Source: Takakia lepidozioides (taxonomy: Eukaryota > Plantae > Bryophyta). Taken from it: a DNA stretch of 64,000 nucleotides. Below, piece by piece: positions 1-10,979 of this stretch. The position numbers and the translations under genes are program-made. The DNA is taken from positions 24,366,001 through 24,430,000 of the forward strand of contig CM060731.1 of NCBI GenBank assembly GCA_030704615.1, read 5' to 3'. Each line of letters opens with the position of its first letter. Position 1 is the first letter of the stretch. A model generated the notes under the pieces. That model worked only from the letters and a program-made list of their open reading frames with translations. It was not told the DNA's origin and searched no databases.

Positions 1-1
1 G

Positions 2-1399
2 ATGCAGGACTTGAGGAGGGGGGTTAAATCGCAGTTCCACTTGCAAAATGGACTGCTCCGGTATAAGCAAAAGCGTCTCTACGTGCCGAAGGGAGGGATC
101 AGAGATAGTCTCTTGAGAGAATGCCATGATAGCCCGCTTGCGGGCCACGGCGGAGCCAAGCGCACTGTGGCACTCTTAAAGAAAGAGTATTTCTGGCCCA
201 AACTGAGGGAGGAGGCAGAGGAGTATGTCAAGACATGCACCACATGCCAACAAAACCGGAGCGAGTACAAAAAGCAAGCGGGGCTGTTACAACCCTTGCC
301 GATTCTAGAGGGGACTTGGGAAAGCGTCTCGATGGATTTCATGACTGCTATGCCGCTGTCAAAAGGATTCGAAACAATCATGGTGGTGGTGGATAGGTTC
401 AGTAAAATGGGCCATTTCATCCCCACCAAGGAGACGGCAACGGCGCAGGAGACAGGGCGACTTTACTTCGCCCACGTCTTAAAGCATCATGGAGTCCCGA
501 AGGATATTGTCTCGGACCGCGATCCAAAGTTTACGAGTAAATTTTGGAGGACACTTTGGAAGAAGATGGGGACAAGGCTGAAGATGAGCACCGCCTTCCG
601 ACCTACCACCGACGGCCAAACGGAAAGAGTGAATTCCGTAGTGAAGCAGATCTTGCGGAATTACGTGTCGGCAGACCAATCAGACTGGGTGGAACACTTA
701 GACGCGGTAGAGTTCTGTTATAATAACACAAAACACTCCGCAACGGGAGTTTCCCCTTTCGTATTGGTCTATGGAAAAGCACCTCTGGTGCCGACAAGTT
801 GGGCTGCCCAGGACGTTGAGGAACCGGCAGTAGCGGCGGTACAGGAAGAACGCGAGCGTTTGTTGAAGCTCGCAAAGTACAACATTGCCAAGGCTAGGAA
901 ACGGTATGAAAGACAGGCGAATCGGAAGCGGAGGGAAGTGAAGTTTGAGGCAGGCACGGAGGTCTGGTTGAACATCAAGAATTTCCGACTACCTCCGGAA
1001 GTGAGTCCAAAGTTCGTACCTCCGTATGCGGGACCCTTTCGCATCCGGAAGGTTATGAATGAGGATGTGTATGAATTGGAGTTGTCGGCAAATAGCAAGG
1101 TGCATCCAGTATTCCATGTCTCCCTTTTGAAGCCTTACTTCAAAGATGAAGCGCGTCCGAATCGGCATCAAGTGTTGCATCCGCCACCTGTGCTGTTGGA
1201 TCATGAAAATGAACCTGAGTACGAGGTGGAGGCAGTACTTAAGTCGAGGAGGTTCAAGAACCGAGAAACGGAGTATCTCGTCAAATGGAAGGGCTATCAT
1301 CATGTGGAGGCATCTTGGGTGCGTGCCTCAGAAATGGGAAACGCATCCGAGGCGGTTGCAGTTTTTGAAGGGCGACCTCAAAAGCGGAAGAAGCGTTGA
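2..1399 (+). mobile_element. Ty3/Gypsy chromovirus pol C-terminus (integrase HHCC, core, SH3-like region, chromodomain); runs off the window start
   Basis: The ORF has the HHCC motif (CHDSPLAGH...CTTC), integrase core motifs (SMDF, VSDRDPKF, DGQTERVN), GPF, a chromodomain (YEVEAVL...YLVKWKGY...SWV) and a basic tail KRKKR. Confidence 0.95.
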
Positions 1400-1433
1400 T
1401 GGGGACATCAACCTTGGAGCGTGGGGGAGGAAA

Positions 1434-3067
1434 TGCATGCTTAGCCCGGCTTAGCTAGCTCAGGAATCTGATTGCAAAAACTTGTATTGTACAAAAATTT
1501 GTTATAAAAGAAATGGGTTCCAAATGTTGTGCGTCCTATTTTGTTTGGAATGGTGATGCATGGTGTGGTTGGCTAGTGTGTAGAATGCATGCTAGCTTAC
1601 AAAAGTGGGAGAGGTAAATTGGGTTAATCGTGTGATTGCGCAGTGCCGAAATCGGGTGACTCCCATCCAAGGGGCAAGGAAACATGCACTTTCTTTGGGA
1701 GTTCACGTGCTAGTGCGCACCTTGCGCGTGCGCGTACTATAACTGCGCTACCGAGGTAGTTGCCTTATAGTGCGGGCTAACGCGGAAGCTACGTGCTTCC
1801 ATTCACGTACTATAATCGTGTAGCCTTGGGACGAAGTCGTAGTGCGGCTTCGACGTGTTCCCGTACCTCAGGCCAACATTCCAAGACGGACCCAATTGTA
1901 GTGATTGGGACGCACAGTTGGTTCAAGGTTATCTTCCTAGTCAAAGGGGGTTCGAGGTGAACCCTTGCGCAAGGTGATGCCAGAAGTGGCATCATGAGCG
2001 ATCGCAAGCAATGTTGTTGCAGTAAGGCGATTCGATCCTCGGGGAGGATCGTTCCTTGGCCTTGAAGTAGGCCAAGAAGAGTGCACTGGGAGGAGCTTGA
2101 GAGGCTCCACCCCTGGCCGGGACTTGGAGGAAGTCGGCCGAACTAGCTAGTGGAGAGTAGAGTCAAGTGTGGGGTTTGGTTCTTTGCCATGGGACGCCAT
2201 GGTACGGAAACAAACTCCTTGATGTGGGACGCCATGGTACAGAAACAAACTCCTTGATGTGGGACGCCACAACTTGGATGTTCGTTTCTACAAAATGGAC
2301 AAGTCGATGAGGACATCGACTCCCTATTGGTAGGGGTGTGTGTCGCAGCCCTTTGCCTTGAGGGCAGGGGGTCGGGACACATGAGGGGCTGCCCCTGTGG
2401 TGGGGGCAGTGGTTAGCGATAGGTACGGGGGGCTGAAGCACCCTTGAGTGCCCAAGGCACTCAAGGAGGCGGAGGTGCTCACTAGGTGGAGCCCCGCACA
2501 CCGGATGCGGTGGGGGTGGCTTCACAAAGGGGTGGTGGTAGCTTAGTGGGACTTAGTGGGGGTGGCATAGGACTCACCTTGGGGCGGAGACCTCGTGGTG
2601 GGAGTCGTGGGGAGTCTTGGGACTCATCACGGTCCATAGGGGCCGTGGTGGGTGGGCCAAGACTCACCGTGACTCATCACCGGGAGTCGAGGGTTTTCGT
2701 GGTGGTTCGCCATAAAATGGCATGGTTGTTTGTGAAACCCCCGCGGACAGCTACAGAAGTATATATAGGGAGTAGTAACCCCGAGAACGGTGCAAGCCCA
2801 TTGGTGACCAAAAACTAGTGAGTAAGCGAGCGAGCCGGAAAGCGACCAAAGAGCCGGGAGCTGTTCCGGACTGCCAATTACCAAAGGGAATTCCCGCTGG
2901 GCCCAAATCGGTGGAGGGTTCTTTGGGAGATCAAAGGGGGACCGTTATGCCCCGGTGAGCAGCCGAAGCTCCAAGTTGGCCCGGCGGCCAGGTTGGGAGT
3001 TAGGCGCGCGCATCAAAGCGAGTAACTATGACTTGAAGGGGAGCTTACCAAAGTGAGGTGCGCGACA
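1434..3067 (+). mobile_element. 3' LTR of the chromovirus (right boundary approximate)
   Basis: The polypurine tract gggggaggaaa (1423-1433) follows the pol stop and is followed by TG at 1434. The right end is tentatively placed at ...gcgcgaCA 3067, where LINE sequence begins. Confidence 0.6.
2191..2269 (+). repeat. 35-bp tandem repeat (about 2.3 copies) inside the LTR
   Basis: gggacgccatggtac(g/a)gaaacaaactccttgatgt occurs at 2191 and 2226, with a partial copy at 2261. Confidence 0.9.
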
Positions 3068-5544
3068 TAGAAGCAGTCGATGAAGGCTTTTGATGTTTCC
3101 AGTTAATGTCCCGTTCAAACTCCGGGGAAAGAGTGGAGTGGTGCACGAAGATCTCGCCAGCCCTAAGGGGGGAGCTCGTTCCAGCTGCATTAGTCTTGCA
3201 GGGCTGCTGCATATGAGGCCCTGTCTGCCCCAGGTGTGTTGAAACTTCTTGTGGAGCGCAGCTGCATTCGTTTTGTCACGTTCAATGTCTGCACAGAGTT
3301 TGCCCCATGCTTTCCTAGCCTCAGTTTGTAAATCCCAAAAAACAGTGACAAAGAGAGAGGATGTTGTTGTCGTGTGGCCTTGGAAGGTGTTCTTACAACG
3401 TAGTTTCCATAAGTGCCACATTGCAGAGGCTCTGAGGGTTTCAAACACTGGGCAATTTAGGGTTCTATTCTTGGAAACTGGATCATAGTTAAGAAGGAGG
3501 TCTGTATCCGTGAGCTGTCTTTTGTCCCAATATCTATAGAATGACTTAACATATGGCCAGATTTTGGCTGGTGCTTGACATGAGAGAAGACAATGTTCGA
3601 TGGATTCCAATACTGCAGTGGAACAACAAGCATACAAGAGGGCTCCCTGGAACTGTAAACATCCCCCAACTTTGAGAACTTTCTTGACAATCTGCCATAG
3701 AAAAGCTGCTATCTTTGATGGGTGGGTTTTGATCCACACTGAGCCCCAAATAATTTTCCAGTTCTCATCACGGAAGTTGTAGAGCCCCCATTTTTATTCC
3801 CATTTCTTGTGCATGGGTTGGGTGACTGACAGGGCCTTGTAGCCCTTTTTGGTGGTATATGCAAAGAAGGGTTCTGGGGAGGTGTTGAATTTCCACAACC
3901 ATTCGGAGGGGTCAATTTCCAATTCTGCCAGCGGCCTACCCAAAATCCATACAAATGAGTTGGTTGCTAGCCAAGCTCTAGTGGTGATTGTGAGGGGTGG
4001 CTGGGGATTCATTCCCTTATCTGTGGCTGTCCAGCAACAGACACGGACTGGGGTGAGAGGCATAGTTCGGATTGTCAAAGGTTCTGTAGAGGTAAGTGTG
4101 AGTCTTAGGGAGGTGGTGTTGATGGCGAATGTGTAAACAGCTATATCATTTATGGATATGTCATCTACGAAAACAATAGTAAGCTGGCTGTGAAGTATGA
4201 TGAGTGCCCAGGATTTTGGGACTGGTTCCGGAGGGCCTGCGGAAAGGGTGGCCAACCACTGCACTGGTATAGATTGAACAAGTTGTTAGTGGCTTTTAGT
4301 GGCCCTTGCGAGGCCCATAGCCTGAGCCATAGATTGTAGAGATATAAGACCGTTCCCTGACCATATGTTATGAATCTATTTGATGCCAAGGCAATCCCAT
4401 TTGGACCACCTTTTTGCCTGGTTTATCTGAGAAGGGGTCAGAGGAGTGTCGTTTAGAAACAAGTGTTGTCTCTTAACTTCATAGACGGTACTTGGCTGGG
4501 CTTTTACAAGCAGTTTCCTTAGCCGCCCCCAGGCTGACCAGATGTTAGACCATAGAGCAGATCCCACTGTCTTAAGATTAAATCCTTGAGTAAGCCAACG
4601 TAGGGAAGGGCTCCATTGGGTAGTCTTGAGAGGGGAGGATTTTGTAATGTGGTCATAGACCAAGAATTTCCACCATCCCCCCTCCGGCCCTAGAAACCTA
4701 GGTATCCATTTGCCAAGAAGAGCTACAATCTCTATTTATGGATCGAGTATCCCTAACCCCCCCTTTTTTTTTTAGGTAAACAGATTTGAGCCCAGGCTAT
4801 AAGCGGTCGTTTTTTGGGATGAGGTCTCGGCTCCCCAGACAAAGTTCCTAAGCAGGCGCTTAATTTCCTGAATCTGTTTAGAGCTTGGGCGCCAGGAAGA
4901 AGCATAATACCATAATCCAGCTGAATGAATCTGATTAGCAACAAGGTCTCTTCCTGTAATTGAGAGATGTTTTGAACCCCAGTAAGTCAGTTTCCTTTTC
5001 AAGTTGGTCACTGTGGCAGCAAAAATTTGTTGGTCTGTCAGTCCAATTCCATATGTGTAGCCCAATAGTGTAGTCCCAGGTTTGAGCCACCTTAGCCCTT
5101 GATCCATTCCCCATGAGGGCGGGGATCCCATTGTGGATTTTGAGAGGTCACCTACCAGTAAACTTGAAGTTTTATTCCAGTTTACTTTGAATCTAGATGC
5201 TGCACAAAACTTGTTCAAAGTAAACCCTGTCTGGTCCAAGTTTTCCGGGGTGGCTTGCAACATTAAAAAGGTATCATCAACGAACATCGAGTCCACCAAG
5301 AAATTGTACTGCCTGGTAATGTAGTTAGTGACCCTGAGGCCCTTTATAAACTGATTTTGCTGTAGCATATAGCCTAGTGTATCTGCTACCACCAGAAATA
5401 TGAAAGATGAGAGGGGACACCCTTGTCTCACTGAGCGCTGCAGAGGGAACGAAGCTGATAAATGGCCATTGACTGAGACTCTGCTAGATGCATCGGTGAG
5501 TAATATCCCGACCCTTTTGCAAAAGGATTGGCGAAAATGGCCCT
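3068..5544 (-). mobile_element. Degenerate L1-type LINE ORF2 3' part (RT C-terminal half and zf-RVT), 5'-truncated
   Basis: Broken ORFs contain RSVRQGCPLS, FVDDT, KVNWNKTS, IAWAQICLPKKKRGG and a zf-RVT region (KIAAFLWQ...CC...ESIEHCLLSC...MWHLWKLR). Confidence 0.9.
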
Positions 5545-6074
5545 TGTCGTGCGCATACGTATCGCTACACAACTACATCGTTGTCCAAACCACACCACAC
5601 ATATATGCACAATAAAGTAGTCTACCACAATGATAAGAAACTAAAAACACACTGTTGACACAAGAACATGAAATCCAACACCATCACTCATCACTCTTTA
5701 AAATAGTAGTCAAGCCAGGGGCACCCCAAGCTATGGGGACTCCACCCCACAACAACCTATGCTCCTTTCATAAGCACACTCAGATTCTAAGCAGTGAAGG
5801 AGCTCGGTCGTGCAGGCTCAACTTGAGAGAGATAAGCCGCACGACTGACACTCTCGTGAAGATAAGACGGTTCAGGTATCAAACTAAACTTGACACCTGA
5901 CTTAACACTTGAACTAAATCCAAGTGTTAAATACAAATAACTAGATTTATTCTAGTTAGTTTCACATTGTGTTTATTTAACTTGACAACTGTCGTGCGCA
6001 TACGTATCGCTACACAACTACATCGCTGTCCAAACCACACCACACATATATGCACAATAAAGTAGTCTGTCACA
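5545..6074 (-). mobile_element. 3' LTR region of the MTase/PHD Gypsy element, with a 79-bp internal direct repeat
   Basis: On the minus strand the PPT agggggg (6079-6085) precedes TGTGACA starting at 6074. 5545-5623 and 5990-6068 are near-identical. The region ends ...CGACA at 5545, where the LINE is cut. Confidence 0.6.
5656..5987. mobile_element. Solo LTR of another family nested in the LTR, 5-bp TSD actgt
   Basis: TG...CA termini; actgt at 5651-5655 and 5988-5992. One terminus recurs inverted at 55239-55307, starting exactly at tgtcaag. Confidence 0.6.
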
Positions 6075-7528
6075 ATCGCCCCCCTAGCTGGTGGATAGGT
6101 CCCTCTAACTCCAGATAGCTACAAGATGTAATAACCACAGCCGTACTAAGTCCTTTATCACTGTCCCTATTGTACTCAAACTCTATAGACCAAGAGGCCG
6201 GGTACAAGAGTAGCCCCATTGTTAGTCGCCGTGTGAACTTGAGCCAGGATCTCGTGTGTTCAAGGTCTCCTAGTAGCTTGGCCTTGCATTTCTTGTTAGC
6301 CTTCCATGGTTGTATCCACTCCCACAATCCAATGCAATGCGGACATAACCAATCCCCATCAGGAACCATCTCAAGAGGTGGAGTCGAGCATCCCATATGC
6401 CAACCTCTAGAGCATTGATCACACACCAGCATGGTGGTTGCCTCTCTAGCAGACCCATACAACATGCACCTCAAACTTGCAGGTACCACTGCCAGGTTTG
6501 GGTCAATCCTGCCATCGACATTCGGAAGATGACATGGCGCACAATTACGCACATGGTCCTTCCAAGTTATGCCATCCCGACCCTCCAAGATCAAGACGCC
6601 TGAGGGCAAGACCTCTCGAACCCTCAAAATAACACGTCCTGCAGTCACATCCAAAGTCGTAGGAGCAGTCTGCTGCAAATAGACATAATCACCAGGGTTG
6701 AATCTCCAAACCCCAGGACGATAGCCCCCACCACGTATGGTAGCATACCTCAACGTATCACGATGTTGTGCAATGGCAAGGTTCTCGAAAGCCACGGGCA
6801 TGACTTTCTTGAACAACTCTGCACGTTGCTCACATGCACGTGCCCACACGTCCGGATCGTCAAGGTTAAGAACTGTAGCAGCTTCTCTACGGATGGATGT
6901 AGGCAAATCCGGCTCTCGGCCAAAGAGAAGAAAGTATGGTGAGAAGGAGGCAAGTGATGCTTGTTTGCTGAACCTGTAGCCCATGGCTAACCAGGGTAAC
7001 TGAAGGTCCCAATCTCCTAGGTGTCCCTTCTGCAAGCCATACTTGCGCAAACCCCTCTTTACTGTCTGAACAACCCTCTCTGCCAAGCCATCGGCCTCAG
7101 GATGATCCCGAGAAGTGGTGCGGTGGTCTACCAAGGCCTTGTCACACAAAGCCTGAAACTCCCCCAAGAACTCTCTCCATTGGTCCGTGAGTACCTCAGC
7201 TGGAGCACCGAATCGGCTAAGTACAGAATCCAAGAATGCATACGTAGCTCCCTCACTAGCCTTATCAGGCAATGGAACCAACTCGATCCACTTGGAGAAG
7301 TGTTCCACCATCACCAACACGTACTTGTTGTGGCGCATGGTCAGTGGCAACGGCTTTGTGAAGTCAAGACTCCACCTGTAGCCCAATCTCATGATCGGAA
7401 GAGGGTGCAATTGTGGAGTAGGGGCGTTGAATGAAGCACGCACCCTGTCACACACCATGCACCTAGCCACAAATTGTTGCACCTTTGTGTGCATACCACG
7501 CCACCAATACTGCCCCTGCAGTAGAGAC
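6070..7528 (-). mobile_element. Gypsy integrase plus C-terminal PHD finger (3' part of the MTase-carrying element)
   Basis: YWWRGM...CMVC (second half of HHCC), WSLDF, VLTDQ and DGLAERVVQ form the catalytic core. The PHD C-x2-(C>Y)...LVCDQCSRGWHMGC..PPL..VPDGDWLCPHC lies at 6334-6468. Confidence 0.9.
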
Positions 7529-8400
7529 TGCACGACGCGTCTCACTGCGCCATGTTGCTCAGTTGGTGCAGCAGTACCCTGATTTGTTGCCAGTGTCTGC
7601 AGTTCGTGGATACCAACAAGCATTGCCAGCAGACATCTCTTTGCTGGGGGCGCATGATTTGGAGCGGGTGGAACCTATTCACTTGGTAGTGGCAGGTTGG
7701 CCCTGCCAAGGGCATTCATCAGCCGGGCATGGCAATGGGTTATAAGACTCAAGGTCATGCCTGTTTTGGGAAATGTTGAGGATCCTACGTTATTTACAGC
7801 TTCAACAGACAGACCCTCCGGCATATATCTTGGAGAATGTGCCATTGAAGGGTGATTCTAGGGCCAAGGTGATGGCCAGTGTGCATCAAGTGCGGTCTTG
7901 GCTTGGATTAACAGTGTTGCTGGACGCAGCTGCAGTGGGGTCATGGGCTCATCGCCCCCGACTATGGTGGACCAACTTGATGCCACCTGCACTGCTCAAG
8001 CGTGCATTTGATGGGGTGCAGTGGCCACCACACCTGACGGTGGATAGCATTTTGGACGTTGGGAGATAGTCTCAGCGTGTGAGACACGATGACCGGTCAC
8101 CTTTGGCAGTGGTCAATAAGGTGGGTCACCCACGAGCCGCATTGCCTACACTCCTCAGCTTTCCAGGATCCCATGCTTTTCGGGATGGTGGACCTGGCCT
8201 CTTGTGGGATAGCCAGTTGCTGCAATTAGTGGAGCCCAATGCTGACGAGCGCGAGCGGGCGATGGGTTTTACCACTGGTACCACGGCAGTGCCATCTCTT
8301 TCTGAGGCATCACGTCGTCAGGTGATGGGGCAAGCAATGGACCTCAATTGCTTGACCTGGATTATCAGCGTAGCTATGGCTGAGCAGTGCAGAGTACGGA
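7524..8400 (+). pseudogene. Retrotransposon-encoded DNMT3/DRM-like C5 cytosine methyltransferase, motifs IV-X (two in-frame stops)
   Basis: One frame across ORFs 7485/7773/8079 contains LVVAGWPCQGHS (motif IV, catalytic PC), LFWEMLRIL (V), YILENV (VI), LLDAA...HRPRLWWTNL (VII/VIII), ERERAMGF (IX) and RRQVMGQAMD (X). Stops are TAA 7743 and TAG 8067. Confidence 0.9.
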
Positions 8401-8749
8401 GTACACTTCCCTTGAGGGTCTCCCTGCCTACCGAGACGGTACAGGCAGCGAGTAGGGGCGAACAGGTGAGGACCACGAGGTACAGGCCGCATCCATGGCA
8501 CACGTGGGAGGTGCTCGAGGTTCAGAAGGAGTTGGCAGCCAAGACAGCGGTGATGGATCAGGTTGGGGATTTTTCTTGGGTTAAGGAGGTCCTCAAGGAT
8601 GGGATGATGGGTAGGATGAGACATTGTCACTGACAGAGGAGGCAGTGGTCACTGCTCAAGAGGTTGCAGCATAGCAATCACGGGACGCGTCTTCTACCTC
8701 TAAGCCTGTTGGACTCAAGGTTACAGTCACGGAGGACAACTGGGAGCCT

Positions 8750-10600
8750 GATGTTGGACCTATAGTCACCGGAGGAGAAAGACGACGTATACGGCGGTTC
8801 TTGAGGGCTTACAGGAATTGCTTTGCCTTCAGTTTGAAGGACTTAGGAGCACTGAAGGGTCAAGAGATTCGCATTGAATTGGCTACTGACACGCCAATCT
8901 TTCGGAGACCTTATAGATACAGTGACATGGAGAGGTCCTTGATTTAGATGAGAACTCAGGACCTTTGGGAGGCTGGTTTGGTGGAGCTATCTTGGGGAGA
9001 ATATGCTTTAGCCACAGTGATGCCAGCCAAGAAAGATGTCTATGGCAATTGGACGGAGAGACGTATGTGCGGTGATTACCGGCCTGTAAATCGTCAGACC
9101 AAGTCCGATAGGTATGCCATGCCGACACCAGAGGAGATCTTTGATGCCATTGGGCATGCCAAGGTCTTTGGCACTTTGGATTTACGATCCGGATATCACC
9201 AGTTGCCGATCAAGGAGGCGGATAAGCAGAAGACAACATTCTGGGGGATCAATGAGCATGAGAAGGATTGCCTATACCAGTGGCGGTTCTTACCATTTGG
9301 GCTTAAGAACGCTCCTGCAGAGTTTCAGAGAGTCATGGACAGGATTCTAGCAGGGGTGGAGTTTGCTCGGTGCTACATAGATGACATCATCATCTTTAGT
9401 GCTACGGTGGAGGAGCATGAGAGACACCTTCAGGTGGTATTTGAGCGCTTGAGGGCGCACGGATTGAAGTTACATCTGGGGAAGTGCAAGTTTTTCCACA
9501 ACCAAATTGAGTATCTGGGTCACATGATATATCTTGGAGGATTGGGGGTACAGCAGACTAAGGTAGAGTCCATTGCACTGATTCCACGCCCCACGGATGT
9601 GAGCCGAGTTCGAGCTTTCATGGGGTTAGCAAACTATTATAGACGGTTTGTTAAGGGATTTAGTGCCATTGCAAAGGCTCTAACCAAACTGACCAAGGTG
9701 GACCAGGAGTGGCAGTGGGAAGATGAGCAAAAACAAGCTTTTCAAGAGCTCAAGGCGAGGTTGACCTCGGCGCCCATCTTGAGACGACCTATCAGGGGGG
9801 CGTCCTTTTCAGCTGCATACAGATTGAAGCATGCTGGGGCTTGGAGCGGTGCTCACACAGGTGGATGATGAGGGAAGAGAGTTCGTAGTGGCTTATGCTA
9901 GCCGCTCGAACAACGCTACAGAGTCTAAGTATAGCTCATATGAGGGAGAATGCTTAGCTGCAGTGTGGGTCGTAGCACACTTCAGGTGCTATCTATACGG
10001 CAATCTCTTCACCCTTGTCACGGATCACCAGCCACTCAAGTGGTTGATGGAGTCAGACAAGCTTACGGGGAAGCTTGCACGGTGGGCACTCATCCTTCAA
10101 GAGTATGATTTTCAGGTTGTGCATCGACCAGGTTTGGTCAATCGCAATGCAGATGGGTTGAGTCGCAATCCATGCACGAGCCAGCAGGATGACACTGGAG
10201 CTCGGTGGCATGGTGAGACGGATGAGGAGATGGTGCCCGGATGGCATGCATCTGCATTTCTGTGTATCTTGGCAGCGGAAGGCCAGGTTGGACCTGCAAT
10301 AGGGATGACTATAGATCAAGTGTCTGAGGACCCTGAGGCCAGCAATGAGCAAGGTGGCGCCAAAGATATACATGAGGATTCAGCTATGTTGGACTACCTC
10401 CGCACTGGAGACACGGCAGCCACTGTGACTGCCAATGAGAGGGATCGGATCCTACAACGAGCCAAGAGGTTCAAGTGGGAGGGGACACACCTGCTCCGAG
10501 AGTGGGAGGATGGTCGAGTGAGGATTGTGCCTTACCCAACACAGCGGGCACGGTTAGTGCGGCATGCCCATGAGGAGTTGGGGCATTTTGGGGTGCGACG
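8750..10600 (+). mobile_element. Gypsy reverse transcriptase, RNase H and start of integrase (downstream of the MTase)
   Basis: RT motifs RMCGDYRPVN, LDLRSGYHQ, PFGLKNAPAEFQR, YIDDI. There is a frameshift near 9800. RNase H motifs VAYASRS...EGECLA...TDHQPL...NADGLSR follow. The piece ends at HEELGHFGVRR (first half of the integrase HHCC). Confidence 0.95.
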
Positions 10601-10979
10601 TGGATGTTCGTTTCTACAAAATAGACAAGTCGATGAGGACATCGACTCCCTGTTGGTAGGGGTGTGTGTCGCGGCCCTTTGCCTTGAGGGCAGGGGGTCA
10701 GGACACGAGAGGGGCTGCCCCTGTGGTGGGGGCAGTGGCGACAATAGACGTGGGGGCTGAAGCACCCTTGAGTGCCCAAAGCACTCAAGGAGGCGGAGGC
10801 GCTCACTAGGTGGAACCCCGCACACCGGATTGAGGTGGGGGTGGTTCCACAAGGGGTGGTGTTAGCTTAGTGGGACTTAGTGGGGGTGGCATAGGACTCA
10901 CCATGGGGGCAGAGATCTTGTGGTGGGAGTCGTGGGGAGTCTTGGGACTCATCACGGTCCAATGGGACCGTGGTGGGCC
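10601..10979 (+). repeat. Internal fragment of the chromovirus LTR (copy of about 2275-2657)
   Basis: Reads as a high-identity match from tggatgttcgtttctacaaaat to ...gactcatcacggtcca...gtggtggg. Confidence 0.9.

Noticed and set aside
7524-8400. Host DRM/DNMT3 gene or bacterial restriction-modification contamination
   Set aside because: The domain is intronless, has no UBA or other host N-terminal domains, and is embedded between retroviral-type protease and RT sequence.
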